Counted from the first letter of the stretch, positions 9,860-18,621 are shown. The stretch: 64,000 nucleotides of DNA from Myxococcales bacterium (GCA_029880325.1 JAOUOP010000018.1:58055-122054); one strand, 5' to 3'. The notes: a model not told the origin generated them from the sequence alone. Numbers and translations: made by a program.

Positions 9860-10591
9860 TCACCGAGTCTCGTCCGCAGCCTTGGCTGGCGGCAGCTGCC
9901 CTTCGGGCTGCGGCGCCGCCGCCGACGCGTCCCGCTTCGTCCCCGCATCGGGCATGGGTTCGCCGCTCGGCGTGCCCTCCGCGCAGTGCTGGCGCCAAAC
10001 CACCGGATTGTAGCGCCCCTGGGCCAGGTCCAGGATCGTATCCAGCGCCACCAGCGGCGACAGCGCGCAGTCCAGGCGCGGCGGATTCTTGCGCTCGACG
10101 AGGGTCATCGCCTCTCTCTGCATCTTTTGGAGGTCCGCAGAGGTCTTGCCCTTCTTCTGCAGCGCCGCCACCAGCTCAGGACGCAGGATGGCCTCGGCCC
10201 GCAGGCGCTCGCGCGCGACGCGACAGAGTTCACCCTCATTGCCGAGCACGAAATAGCGGGCCACGATCCGCTGCTCGATGCCGTAGGTGACAACGGTCTG
10301 ATCGTGGATCAATACCGCCGGGGCGCAGGCCTCCACCTGCAGGATGAAGCAGTCGATGTCGGAGCCACAGGCGATGCGGCCACGCGCGTCCTTGGGGTAG
10401 CTACGGCTGCGGTCGACCTTGCGAGCCCGCAGCCGCGCCTCGATGCGCGCGCGGTCTCCCTCTTCGGCTCGGGCCGGGGTCGGCAGCGGCGCGTCGGCGC
10501 CCGGAGTCTCGGTGCAGCCCCTGCAGCCCGCACCGAGGCATAGGGCTGCAGCAATGAAAAGCGCTGAAGAGACCGGAAGGCGGCGGGTCAT
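9860..10591 (-). CDS. Lipoprotein, function unknown
   Basis: ORF track 9860..10675. The probable start is MTRRLPVSSALFIAAALCLGAGC (lipobox) at 10591, in frame with the track ORF. Confidence 0.7.
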   Translation of the reverse strand: MTRRLPVSSALFIAAALCLGAGCRGCTETPGADAPLPTPARAEEGDRARIEARLRARKVDRSRSYPKDARGRIACGSDIDCFILQVEACAPAVLIHDQTVVTYGIEQRIVARYFVLGNEGELCRVARERLRAEAILRPELVAALQKKGKTSADLQKMQREAMTLVERKNPPRLDCALSPLVALDTILDLAQGRYNPVVWRQHCAEGTPSGEPMPDAGTKRDASAAAPQPEGQLPPAKAADETR

Positions 10592-10636
10592 GGGCGGCGA
10601 GCATACACGAGGCGGCATCCTCGCCGTAGATGGCCT

Positions 10637-11299
10637 ATGCTGCCGCCGATGGGCAATGATTCCCTGCTGCAGCACCTGGCGTTCCTACCCCCGCTGATCC
10701 TCTCGCTGACGGTCCACGAATGGGCCCACGCCTACAGCGCCTTTCGCCTTGGCGATGACACCGCCGCCCGGCTCGGACGCCTCACGCTCAACCCCATCCC
10801 TCACATCGACCCCATCGGCACGATCCTTCTTCCGCTGCTCGGCGTGCCCTTCGGCTGGGCCAAGCCGGTGCCGGTGTCCCCCAATCGCTTCCGGCGTGAT
10901 GTCTCCATGCGCAAGGGCATGATGATCACCGCTTCTGCAGGCCCGGCTTCCAATATCGTGTTGGCCGTGATCTGCGTGCTGCTGCTGGGCCTGCTCTATC
11001 GCTTCAACGTGCGACAGCCGGCAATGGAAACGTTTCTCACCACGGGATTCGGCCTCAACGTCATCCTCGCCTTCTTCAACATGCTTCCGATCTATCCCCT
11101 CGACGGGAGCCGCGTGGCCGACGGCCTGATGCCCTACCGCTTCCGCCCGGCCTGGGAGCGCTTCGTGCAGATCGGACCCCTGGCGCTGCTGGCCGTGATC
11201 GTGCTGCCACGGATGCTGAACTTCAGCCTCTTCAGCTGGCCCATGCTGATCGCCAGCCAGGCGGCCGGCTGGCTGCTGACACAGATCGTAACCCTCTGA
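10637..11299 (+). CDS. Site-2 protease family (peptidase M50) membrane metalloprotease
   Basis: HEWAH zinc motif in the first TM region, ..NMLPIYPLDGSRV.. second motif, and several hydrophobic segments. 220 aa. Confidence 0.9.
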   Translation: MLPPMGNDSLLQHLAFLPPLILSLTVHEWAHAYSAFRLGDDTAARLGRLTLNPIPHIDPIGTILLPLLGVPFGWAKPVPVSPNRFRRDVSMRKGMMITASAGPASNIVLAVICVLLLGLLYRFNVRQPAMETFLTTGFGLNVILAFFNMLPIYPLDGSRVADGLMPYRFRPAWERFVQIGPLALLAVIVLPRMLNFSLFSWPMLIASQAAGWLLTQIVTL

Positions 11300-11439
11300 A
11301 CCCACTGTCGTCGGCGCTGCCAGCATTATCCCAAACAGGCATTAGTTGATACAAAATGATTCTTTGATGGCCCAAGGCATCCCGCTGCGCACGAGATCGT
11401 GGTCAAACACAGGGCGAACATGACAAGATCGCCCCAAGC

Positions 11440-12864
11440 ATGCAGGCCCCTCCGGATCTGATCGGCCGCCTCGCGGTGCACTACAAGCTGGTCTCCATGG
11501 AGCAGCTATCGATGGCGCTCCAGGCCCACGCCCGCAATCCCGGCGTGATGCTCGGCAACGTCATGGTGCAGCTGGGCTTCATCAGCGAGCCGCAGCTGGC
11601 CCAGCTGCTCGAGGCCCAGCGCCTCTACCTGGCGCAGCAGGGGGGCGTCCAGGAGGCGCAGCCGGCCCAGGCCGCCCCCGCTGCCTCGCGGGTGCCCCAG
11701 CCGCCGGCCCCCTCCCAGGCCCAGCGACCTCCGCCGCCGGCCGCCCGGCCCCCGGCGCCACCGCCAGCGCCGCAGCCCGTAGCTCCCAGCGCGCCCGCCG
11801 GCCGCCACGCCAACCAAAGCGCCGAATGGCTGCATCGGGTCCTGCAGCGCTCCATCAGCATGGACGCCCGCGACGTGCACGTGCACGCCGGCGCTCCGGT
11901 CAAGATCCGCACCTTCGACAACCTCACCGACCTGATCCCCGACGTGCTCACCGGCGCCGACACCGAAGCCGCCATCACGCCGTCGCTGACCGACGAACAG
12001 CTGGCGATCCTCGATCGCGACGGTGAGGTCGACTTCACCTACGAGATCGCGCAGATCGGCCGCTTTCGCGTCAACGTCTACCGCGAGCACAACGGCCTGT
12101 GCGGCTGCTTCCACTACATCCCCGCCGAGCCCCCCATGCTCAGCGACCTCGGCCTGCCCAACAGCGCTGCCAAGTTGGTCAATCACCAAAACGGCATCGT
12201 CTTGATCACCGGACCGGCCGGCAGCGGCAAAACCTCGACCATGGCGGCGCTCATCAACTTGCTCAACGAGGAGCGCACCGATCACATTCTCTCCATCGAA
12301 GACCCCATCGAGTACGTCCACGTTTCCAAGAGCTGCATCGTCAATCAACGGCAGGTGCGGCGCGACACGGGCTCCTTCGCGGCGGCGCTGCGCTCGGCCC
12401 TGCGCGAGGATCCCGACGTCATTTGCATCGGCGAGCTACGCGACCTGGAGACCATCTCGCTGGCGCTGTCGGCGGCCGAGACCGGGCATCTGGTGCTCGG
12501 CACCCTACACACCCAGGGGGCGATCCGCACCATCAACCGCATCGTCGGCGCCTATCCATCATCCCAGCAACCCCAGGTGCGGACCATGCTCTCGGAATCG
12601 CTACGGGCCGTCATCTCCCAAAAGCTCATCCCACGCGCCGACCGCTCCGGCGTGGCGCTGGCCTACGAGCTACTCTTGGTCAACCTGGCGGCAGCCAACC
12701 TGATCCGCGAAAACCGCACCTTCCAGCTCGGCCAGGTGCTGCAGATGGGCCGTGCCCGCGGCATGCGCTCGATGGATGACTCGCTGAAGGAACTGGTCCA
12801 ACAGCGCGTGATCAGCAAGGCTGCAGCCGCGCGCGAGGCCGATGACCCCCGACGCTTCGCCTAG
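11440..12864 (+). CDS. PilT/PilU-family type IV pilus retraction-type ATPase with an extra N-terminal MshEN/T2SSE_N-like module and a Pro-rich linker
   Basis: Walker A GPAGSGKTS, Asp box SIEDPIEY, Walker B DVICIGELRD, His box AETGHLVLGTLHT, and AANLIRE (the AIRNLIRE-like motif). The N-terminal 65 aa reads LIGRLAVHYKLVSMEQLSMALQAH..MLGNVMVQLGFISEPQLAQLLEAQ, followed by a PPAPxQ-rich linker. Confidence 0.9.
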   Translation: MQAPPDLIGRLAVHYKLVSMEQLSMALQAHARNPGVMLGNVMVQLGFISEPQLAQLLEAQRLYLAQQGGVQEAQPAQAAPAASRVPQPPAPSQAQRPPPPAARPPAPPPAPQPVAPSAPAGRHANQSAEWLHRVLQRSISMDARDVHVHAGAPVKIRTFDNLTDLIPDVLTGADTEAAITPSLTDEQLAILDRDGEVDFTYEIAQIGRFRVNVYREHNGLCGCFHYIPAEPPMLSDLGLPNSAAKLVNHQNGIVLITGPAGSGKTSTMAALINLLNEERTDHILSIEDPIEYVHVSKSCIVNQRQVRRDTGSFAAALRSALREDPDVICIGELRDLETISLALSAAETGHLVLGTLHTQGAIRTINRIVGAYPSSQQPQVRTMLSESLRAVISQKLIPRADRSGVALAYELLLVNLAAANLIRENRTFQLGQVLQMGRARGMRSMDDSLKELVQQRVISKAAAAREADDPRRFA

Positions 12865-12879
12865 ACGACTGATCCGGCC

Positions 12880-13953
12880 ATGGCACGCATCGACGCCTAT
12901 CTGACGCATATCCACAGCCAAAGCGCCTCCGACCTGCATCTGGTGGCGGGCATCGAACCGCGCATGCGCGTGCAGGGGCGCCTCAGGGTCATCGAAGGCA
13001 CGACGATCCTGGGCGACGCGGAGCTGCGCGACATGATGCGCGAGCTGCCCACGCCCGTTCAGTGGCAGCAATACGAGGAGACCCTCGAGCTCGACTTCGC
13101 CTACGGCCTCGAGGGCGTGGGCCGCTTCCGCGCCAACTTCTTCCAACAGGAAAACGGCGCCGCCGCCATCTTCCGGCTCATCCCAGAAGAAATCCTCACG
13201 CTCACGGAACTGGACATGCCGCCGGCGGTGGAGAAGTTCGCCCACCTGCGCAGCGGCCTGGTGCTGGTCACCGGCCCCACCGGCGCCGGCAAGTCGACCA
13301 CCCTGGCGGCCCTCATCGATCTGATCAATGAAACCTACGATCGGCACATCATCACCATCGAAGACCCGATCGAATTCGTGCACCACAACAAAAACTCCCT
13401 GATCACCCAGCGTGAGGTCGGCCACCACACCGAAGACTTTCGCACGGCCCTGCGCGCCGCCATCCGCCAGGACGCCGACGTGATCCTGGTGGGCGAATTG
13501 CGCGGCCGCGAAGTGGAGCTGGCGATCCTCGCCGCTGAGATGGGCACCCTGGTCTTCGGCACCCTGCACACCAACAGCGCCAGCAAGACCATCGACCGCC
13601 TGATCGACATCTTCCCCACCGACCAACAGGATCAGATCCGCATCGGCCTGGCCGAAGCCCTGGCCGGCGTCGTCTCCCAGGTGCTGGTGCCCACCGCCGA
13701 CGGCAAAGGCCGCGCCGCCGCCGTCGAGATCCTGGTCAAGACCTCGGGCCTGCCCAACATCATCCGCGAGGGCAACACCCCACAGTTGATGACGGTGATC
13801 CAGGGCGGCGGTCAACTCGGCATGCAGAGCATGGATGACGCCCTGGAAAAGCTCGTCAAGGCCGGGACCATCCGGCCCAAGGAAGCCTACCAGCGGGCCG
13901 CCGACAAGCAGCGCTTCGAGGGCCTCCTGGACGCGCCCATCGACGCGCTGTGA
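12880..13953 (+). CDS. PilT-family ATPase paralogue (degenerate His box)
   Basis: Walker A GPTGAGKST, ITIEDPIEF, DVILVGELRG, LPNIIREG. The His box reads AEMGTLVFGTLHT, with T in place of the first His. 357 aa, 15 bp after the previous PilT gene. Confidence 0.9.
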   Translation: MARIDAYLTHIHSQSASDLHLVAGIEPRMRVQGRLRVIEGTTILGDAELRDMMRELPTPVQWQQYEETLELDFAYGLEGVGRFRANFFQQENGAAAIFRLIPEEILTLTELDMPPAVEKFAHLRSGLVLVTGPTGAGKSTTLAALIDLINETYDRHIITIEDPIEFVHHNKNSLITQREVGHHTEDFRTALRAAIRQDADVILVGELRGREVELAILAAEMGTLVFGTLHTNSASKTIDRLIDIFPTDQQDQIRIGLAEALAGVVSQVLVPTADGKGRAAAVEILVKTSGLPNIIREGNTPQLMTVIQGGGQLGMQSMDDALEKLVKAGTIRPKEAYQRAADKQRFEGLLDAPIDAL

Positions 13954-14966
13954 GGGCCGCCGGACGCAGCTCTGGTCCCACTGGCGCGCTGCTGTGGGCT
14001 TTGGCCATGGCGTGGGCCGCCTGCCACGGCAGTTCCGCCTCCGAGGCCCCCGCGAATACAAACTCCAAGTCAACCCCGGCCCTGGAGCGAGCAAAACCGG
14101 AGCCTCGAGTCGCGCCCTCCGGCACGCCGCCCGAAGGCGCCCGCGTCGTGCTACTCGGCACCGGCACGCCGGTGCCCGACCCCGAGCGCATGGGACCGGC
14201 CAGCGCCGTGCTGGCTGGCGGCCGCGCCTACCTCGTCGACGCCGGCCCCGGCATCGTACGGCGCGCTGCCGCGGCCGAAGCCCTGGGCCATCACGAGCTG
14301 GCCCCCGAACAGCTCTCGCACGTCTTCATCACCCACCTGCATTCCGACCACACCGTCGGTTATGCCGACCTAATGCTCACGCCGGCGGTGGTCGGCCGCC
14401 GACAGCCGCTGCAAGCCTTCGGCCCACCGGGACTCACCGCGATGACGCGCGCCCTGGAGCGGGCCTACGCCGTGGACGCCAGCATCCGCCACGCCGGCAA
14501 GTCCCCCGAGCAGCAGCCCGGCTACCGCGTGGTCACGCGCGAGATCGAAGCCGGCGAGGTCTACACCGACGCGGCCGTGCGCGTGCGGGCCGTGAAAGTC
14601 CCCCACGGCAGCGTCGAGCACGCCTACGCCTACCGCTTCGACGCCGAAGGCCGCTCCATCGTCTTTTCGGGCGACACCGCACCGAGCGAGGCCCTGGTCG
14701 AACTGTGCAGCGGCTGCGACCTGCTGGTGCACGAGGTCTACTGCAGCCAAGGCGTCCGCACTGGGCCACCCTCCTTTCGCGAATACCACGGCAGCTTTCA
14801 CACCTCGGCCCAGGAACTCGCGGCCCTGGCGACGCGCGCCCGCCCTGGGCTGCTCTTGCTGAGCCACCTGCTCTTCTTTGGCTGCGACGCCGAGACCCTG
14901 CTGGCCGAGGTCAAAAGCGGCTACGCGGGCGAAGTGGTGGTGGGAGAGGATCTGGGTGTTTACTGA
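13950..14966 (+). CDS. MBL-fold metallo-hydrolase, secreted
   Basis: HLHSDHTVGY (HxHxDH) motif. N-terminal signal-like GALLWALAMAWAACHG. The GTG start overlaps the PilT stop by 4 nt. Confidence 0.8.
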   Translation: MRAAGRSSGPTGALLWALAMAWAACHGSSASEAPANTNSKSTPALERAKPEPRVAPSGTPPEGARVVLLGTGTPVPDPERMGPASAVLAGGRAYLVDAGPGIVRRAAAAEALGHHELAPEQLSHVFITHLHSDHTVGYADLMLTPAVVGRRQPLQAFGPPGLTAMTRALERAYAVDASIRHAGKSPEQQPGYRVVTREIEAGEVYTDAAVRVRAVKVPHGSVEHAYAYRFDAEGRSIVFSGDTAPSEALVELCSGCDLLVHEVYCSQGVRTGPPSFREYHGSFHTSAQELAALATRARPGLLLLSHLLFFGCDAETLLAEVKSGYAGEVVVGEDLGVY

Positions 14967-15045
14967 ACGGCGCGCGGGTGCGTTGCTGACGGGCCGCCCC
15001 CCCCATTGCGCCGCCGGGCCCCGCCCCACGCTCGATACGCGCTGC

Positions 15046-15867
15046 TTATCGCCTCGCGGATTCTGACAGAGCCCGCAGGAGCGCAGACGCCTCCCGCCTG
15101 CGGTAGCGCCCGTGATTGCCGTCTGCGAAGGGGCGCAGCGAAGCGGTGGCCTCGGCGTTGCGCCGCAGGCGAACCAGACACAAGGCGCGGTTGTACTCGG
15201 CTTCCAGCCGCAACACGCCGTCGGGGACCTGCTCGAGGTAGGCGTTCCAGGCCTCGAGCGCAACGCCCCAGTCTCGCAGCACGAAATGGGCTCGATGGGC
15301 GACGGCATAGAGACGCCGGGAACGCGTTTCACTGGCGGCCGCAGGCGCCTCGGACACAGCTTCTGCGGCCCCCGGAGGCGTCGCCGGAGACGCCGGCGCG
15401 GTCTGTACCGAGCGCCCCCGGCTCCCCACGACAGCGGCAGCCGACGTCGGTCGGACCTCCGCCCCTTCGTCGCGCCCAGGGCTGCCCGAGCCTGCGCCAT
15501 CGACGCCGAAAACCGGCTGCACGGCTTCGGTGCCTTCGTTCCCCCGCGCCTCGATGCTCCCAGGCGCTGCGGGAGGCTGCATCAAAGATTCACTGCGAGC
15601 TGCAACGGGCGGCGGCTCGTCGGCGAAAGCCGCCGCCAGCAAGCGCTGAAGCACAGGTGGCGCGCCGAAGACCATCGCATAGGCAGTCGTGCCGACGGAA
15701 AGCACAAGCATCACGCTCGCAAACGCGCTCTGCAACAGGTGCCGGCGCCGCCTGCGCAACAGCAAGGTCGCAGCGATTCGTCGCGCGGTGATGGAGTCGT
15801 CGCGCGTGCTACCGGAACACGCCTGCAGCGCCTGGACGTGGCGGCTAAGACTGTCGGGCGGACTCAT
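15046..15867 (-). CDS. Anti-sigma-factor-like membrane protein (one TM, Ala/Pro-rich spacer, TPR-like C-terminal part)
   Basis: The ATG overlaps the stop of the upstream sigma-like gene (ATGA at 15864-15867). TM segment SAFASVMLVLSVGTTAYAMVF. C-terminal ..ALEAWNAYLEQVPDGVLRLEAEYNRALCLVRL.. Confidence 0.6.
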   Translation of the reverse strand: MSPPDSLSRHVQALQACSGSTRDDSITARRIAATLLLRRRRRHLLQSAFASVMLVLSVGTTAYAMVFGAPPVLQRLLAAAFADEPPPVAARSESLMQPPAAPGSIEARGNEGTEAVQPVFGVDGAGSGSPGRDEGAEVRPTSAAAVVGSRGRSVQTAPASPATPPGAAEAVSEAPAAASETRSRRLYAVAHRAHFVLRDWGVALEAWNAYLEQVPDGVLRLEAEYNRALCLVRLRRNAEATASLRPFADGNHGRYRRREASALLRALSESARR

Positions 15868-16280
15868 GCCTCACCCTCCAGGAAGTGCCTGAGCTTGCGC
15901 TTGGCATGAAAGAGTCGGCTGCGCACGGTCGCTGCCGGAACGCCCACGACTGCCGCCGCCTCGTTGGCCGACAGCTCCTCGACCTCGCACAGCACGAAGG
16001 CCACCCGCTGAGCCAGCGGCAGCCGGTCGAGGCCCGCGCTCAGCTGTCGTGCCAGGGCCCGTCGCTCCACCTGCTCGGGCAAAAGGCCCGCGTCGTGCTC
16101 GAGTTCGGCAGCGATGGCGGCCCGCACCGCGGCCTGGTCCAACGCCGCGGCGCTCTCGTCAAAGCGCAGCACCAGGGTGTCGGGCAGCTCCGCCCCCTGG
16201 CCCTCGACCATGATGGGCGAGCCGAGCAAAACGCTGAACATCATCACAGGCAAGCACGCCGGCTTCGAGTTTCGGGGCAT
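15864..16280 (-). CDS. ECF sigma-70 family remnant containing only the linker and region 4
   Basis: The C-terminal half LDRLPLAQRVAFVLCEVEELSANEAAAVVGVPAATVRSRLFHAKRKLRHFL is a classic region-4 HTH. No region-2 sequence occurs upstream in any frame. The first ATG in coding-like sequence is at 16280 (MPRNSK..). The rest of track ORF 15864..16574 overlaps dsbA and looks non-coding. Confidence 0.6.
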   Translation of the reverse strand: MPRNSKPACLPVMMFSVLLGSPIMVEGQGAELPDTLVLRFDESAAALDQAAVRAAIAAELEHDAGLLPEQVERRALARQLSAGLDRLPLAQRVAFVLCEVEELSANEAAAVVGVPAATVRSRLFHAKRKLRHFLEGEA

Positions 16281-16419
16281 AAAAGGGAGTGCCCCCAGAA
16301 CCCGCCGTTGTTTAATCCTGAGCAGAGCAAAGGTCCCAACGGTGATTGAGACAGTCGTCCCGCCGCACAGCGTTCGGCCCACGGCGAAGTCGCCTGCGTG
16401 GAGGGAGCTGAGCCCCGCA

Positions 16420-17508
16420 TCAACCCGGCGGCTGCGCCTGGTCCTTGGCGTCTGAGCCTTCTGCGCCTTCTGCGCCCTGCCCGCCTTCCGCACCTTCATC
16501 ACCCCCAGCCAAGGCCGCGGCGATCGCCTTGTCGAGTGCGTCGAAGTCGGTGGGGTTTTCCACCTTCTTGCCATTCAAGAACAGCGTGGGCGTGCCGTCG
16601 ACGCGGACCTCTTCGCCGAGCTTGAAGTCGGCGTCGACGCGGTCGGCGTAGGTGGCATCGTCGAGGGACTTCTTGAAGGCCGCCATGTCCAGGCCAAGCG
16701 CCACCGCCGTGTGCTCCAGCGACTGGCGATCGAGCGCGGTCTGATCGGCGAAGAGACGGTCGTGGTACTGCCAGAAGCGCCCCTGGGCGTGGGCCGCGAG
16801 CGAGGCCTGGGCCGCCAGGTGGGCGTTTTTGTGGAAGGAAAGCGGGAATTGTCGGAAGACGAAGCGCACGCGCTCGCCGTACTTCTCCTTGATCTGCGAG
16901 CTCACCGCAGCTGCCCGCGAACAGAAGGGGCACTGGAAGTCCGAGAACTCCACCAGCACGACGCGGGCGTCCGATGGGCCAAACGCCGGCGCGTCGTCGG
17001 CGGCGATACGGGCGCGCTTTTCCGCGTCCAGGGGCTTGCCCCCGCCGGCCCGCTCCTTGAGGTCGGTGACGACTTCGTCGTAGTGGGCCAACATCAGCGT
17101 GCAGCGTTCGGTGGGAAACTCGGGCGTCTCCTGCCGCACCATGGCGCAGACCTCGGTGTCCTCTCCCAGGTCCTTGCACAACTTGTCGATCAGCACCTGG
17201 CAATCCTTGCGCGCGCTGTCGAGTTTCTTGTCGAGCTCGGCCTTGTCCTCCAGGGCGACAGCACAGGCATTGACGCTGATGAGCGAAGTGGCCTCGCGCA
17301 TCGCAGCGCAGGTGGTGCTGGCCTCACCGCTGTGGTTGCAGACGTGGCTGACCAGGTCGGCACAGGCGGTGGGAGAGACCGCGGTCGTGTCGGCGGCGCC
17401 GGTCGATGACTTGTCGCCCTTGCCCGCAGGCGCCTGGTTGCACGCCAGGAGCGAAGCCAGGGCGAGCCATGGCAGCGGTCGCGAAAGGGTTGGGACTGCA
17501 GCCGCCAC
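16420..17508 (-). CDS. DsbA-family thiol:disulfide oxidoreductase lipoprotein
   Basis: Signal plus lipobox LALASLLAC. Cys-rich helical N-domain. Thioredoxin fold with FSDFQCPFCSR (CPFC active site). Confidence 0.9.
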   Translation of the reverse strand: MAAAVPTLSRPLPWLALASLLACNQAPAGKGDKSSTGAADTTAVSPTACADLVSHVCNHSGEASTTCAAMREATSLISVNACAVALEDKAELDKKLDSARKDCQVLIDKLCKDLGEDTEVCAMVRQETPEFPTERCTLMLAHYDEVVTDLKERAGGGKPLDAEKRARIAADDAPAFGPSDARVVLVEFSDFQCPFCSRAAAVSSQIKEKYGERVRFVFRQFPLSFHKNAHLAAQASLAAHAQGRFWQYHDRLFADQTALDRQSLEHTAVALGLDMAAFKKSLDDATYADRVDADFKLGEEVRVDGTPTLFLNGKKVENPTDFDALDKAIAAALAGGDEGAEGGQGAEGAEGSDAKDQAQPPG

Positions 17509-17509
17509 C

Positions 17510-17932
17510 TCAGTCGCCGATCCGCGCTGAGGCGTTGCCCGCGGCGACCTCGCGGTCGTCCTGATTGAGCGTTGAGAGCTCCAGGTCGACGAGCTTTTGC
17601 CCGTCTTCTTCGCGGATCGCAGCCACCTTGGCGCGCGCCCTCAGGGTATCGCCAGGCCAGACCTGGGAGGTGAAGCGCATACCAAATTTAGTTAACCGAC
17701 CGTCGCCCACGAAGTTGGTCAACATCTTGCCCGTCAGGCCCATGGTCAACATGCCGTGGGCGAAAACGGTGGGATAGCCCGAGACCTTGGTCGCGAAGAC
17801 CTCGTCGCTGTGGATCGGGTTGTAGTCACCCGAAGCACCCGCGTACATCACGATCTGGGTGCGCTTGAGGTCTTCGACGACCACTTCTTCGTAGGTCTGC
17901 CCGACCTGGAGTTCGCTCGCTTTCAGTGCCAT
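17510..17932 (-). CDS. MaoC-like (R)-specific hydratase/dehydratase, hotdog fold
   Basis: ..YAGASGDYNPIHSDEVFA..GYPTVFAHGMLT.. motif. The ATG at 17932 is preceded by GAGGAGGAG. Confidence 0.85.
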   Translation of the reverse strand: MALKASELQVGQTYEEVVVEDLKRTQIVMYAGASGDYNPIHSDEVFATKVSGYPTVFAHGMLTMGLTGKMLTNFVGDGRLTKFGMRFTSQVWPGDTLRARAKVAAIREEDGQKLVDLELSTLNQDDREVAAGNASARIGD

Positions 17933-17946
17933 CGCTCGTCTCCTCC

Positions 17947-18525
17947 TCAAGTCTTGTCGATCACGCGCTCGGTGCGCATGCCCACGCTGCGTGCCGTGAT
18001 CACGAGTTCGCCGTTTTGGTCGTAGAATTCGGTGATGCGCTCGTTGAAGACCAACTTGCCGGCGCGCTTGCTCTCCTTTTCCCAGCTCTCGCCAGCGCGG
18101 CTCTTGGTGGTGAGCACGTCGCCGGGCCGCAGGTGCCGGTGGTACTCGAAGTGCTGCTCGGCATGGAGCCCGCCTCCGCCACCGCCGCCACCGCGTCGAG
18201 CGGCCGGCTTGGCTTCGGACTTGGCCTGCGCCTTGTCCTTCGCTTCCGCGGGAGCCTCCGCGTTGGCCGGGGGCGCCGAGGGGCGTCGCATCATGCCCGA
18301 GGGGTGCTTGCCCGATCCGAACCAGGTGCCGTCGGGCCGGGGCCGAAGGCCGTAGTCGGGATCGAATTGGGCCGAGGCCTGAACGAACGTGGGCGGTGCG
18401 ATGATGCCGCCGGCCTCGCCGGCGCTCGCCTGCTCCTCGTCGAAGTAGACCGGATTGTAGTCACCCACCGAGCGGGCAAACATCATGATGTGGGAGGCTT
18501 CCACCGGAAATCGCTTGACGGCCAT
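17947..18525 (-). CDS. MaoC-dehydratase N-terminal-like (FAS1-like) hotdog protein, partner of the downstream MaoC gene. It carries a low-complexity insert.
   Basis: MAVKRFPVEASHIMMFARSVGDYNPVYFDEE.. The insert is ..PANAEAPAEAKDKAQAKSEAKPAARRGGGGGGGG.. The stop lies 15 bp before the MaoC start. Confidence 0.75.
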   Translation of the reverse strand: MAVKRFPVEASHIMMFARSVGDYNPVYFDEEQASAGEAGGIIAPPTFVQASAQFDPDYGLRPRPDGTWFGSGKHPSGMMRRPSAPPANAEAPAEAKDKAQAKSEAKPAARRGGGGGGGGLHAEQHFEYHRHLRPGDVLTTKSRAGESWEKESKRAGKLVFNERITEFYDQNGELVITARSVGMRTERVIDKT

Positions 18526-18621
18526 CGTCTGTCCTCGCTGTGCAGGGCCGCCACCGACGGCAGCCGCGGCGGAGCATAGGCGCGAAAACCGCACGACAGC
18601 AACGGGACCTGGACGCTCGCG

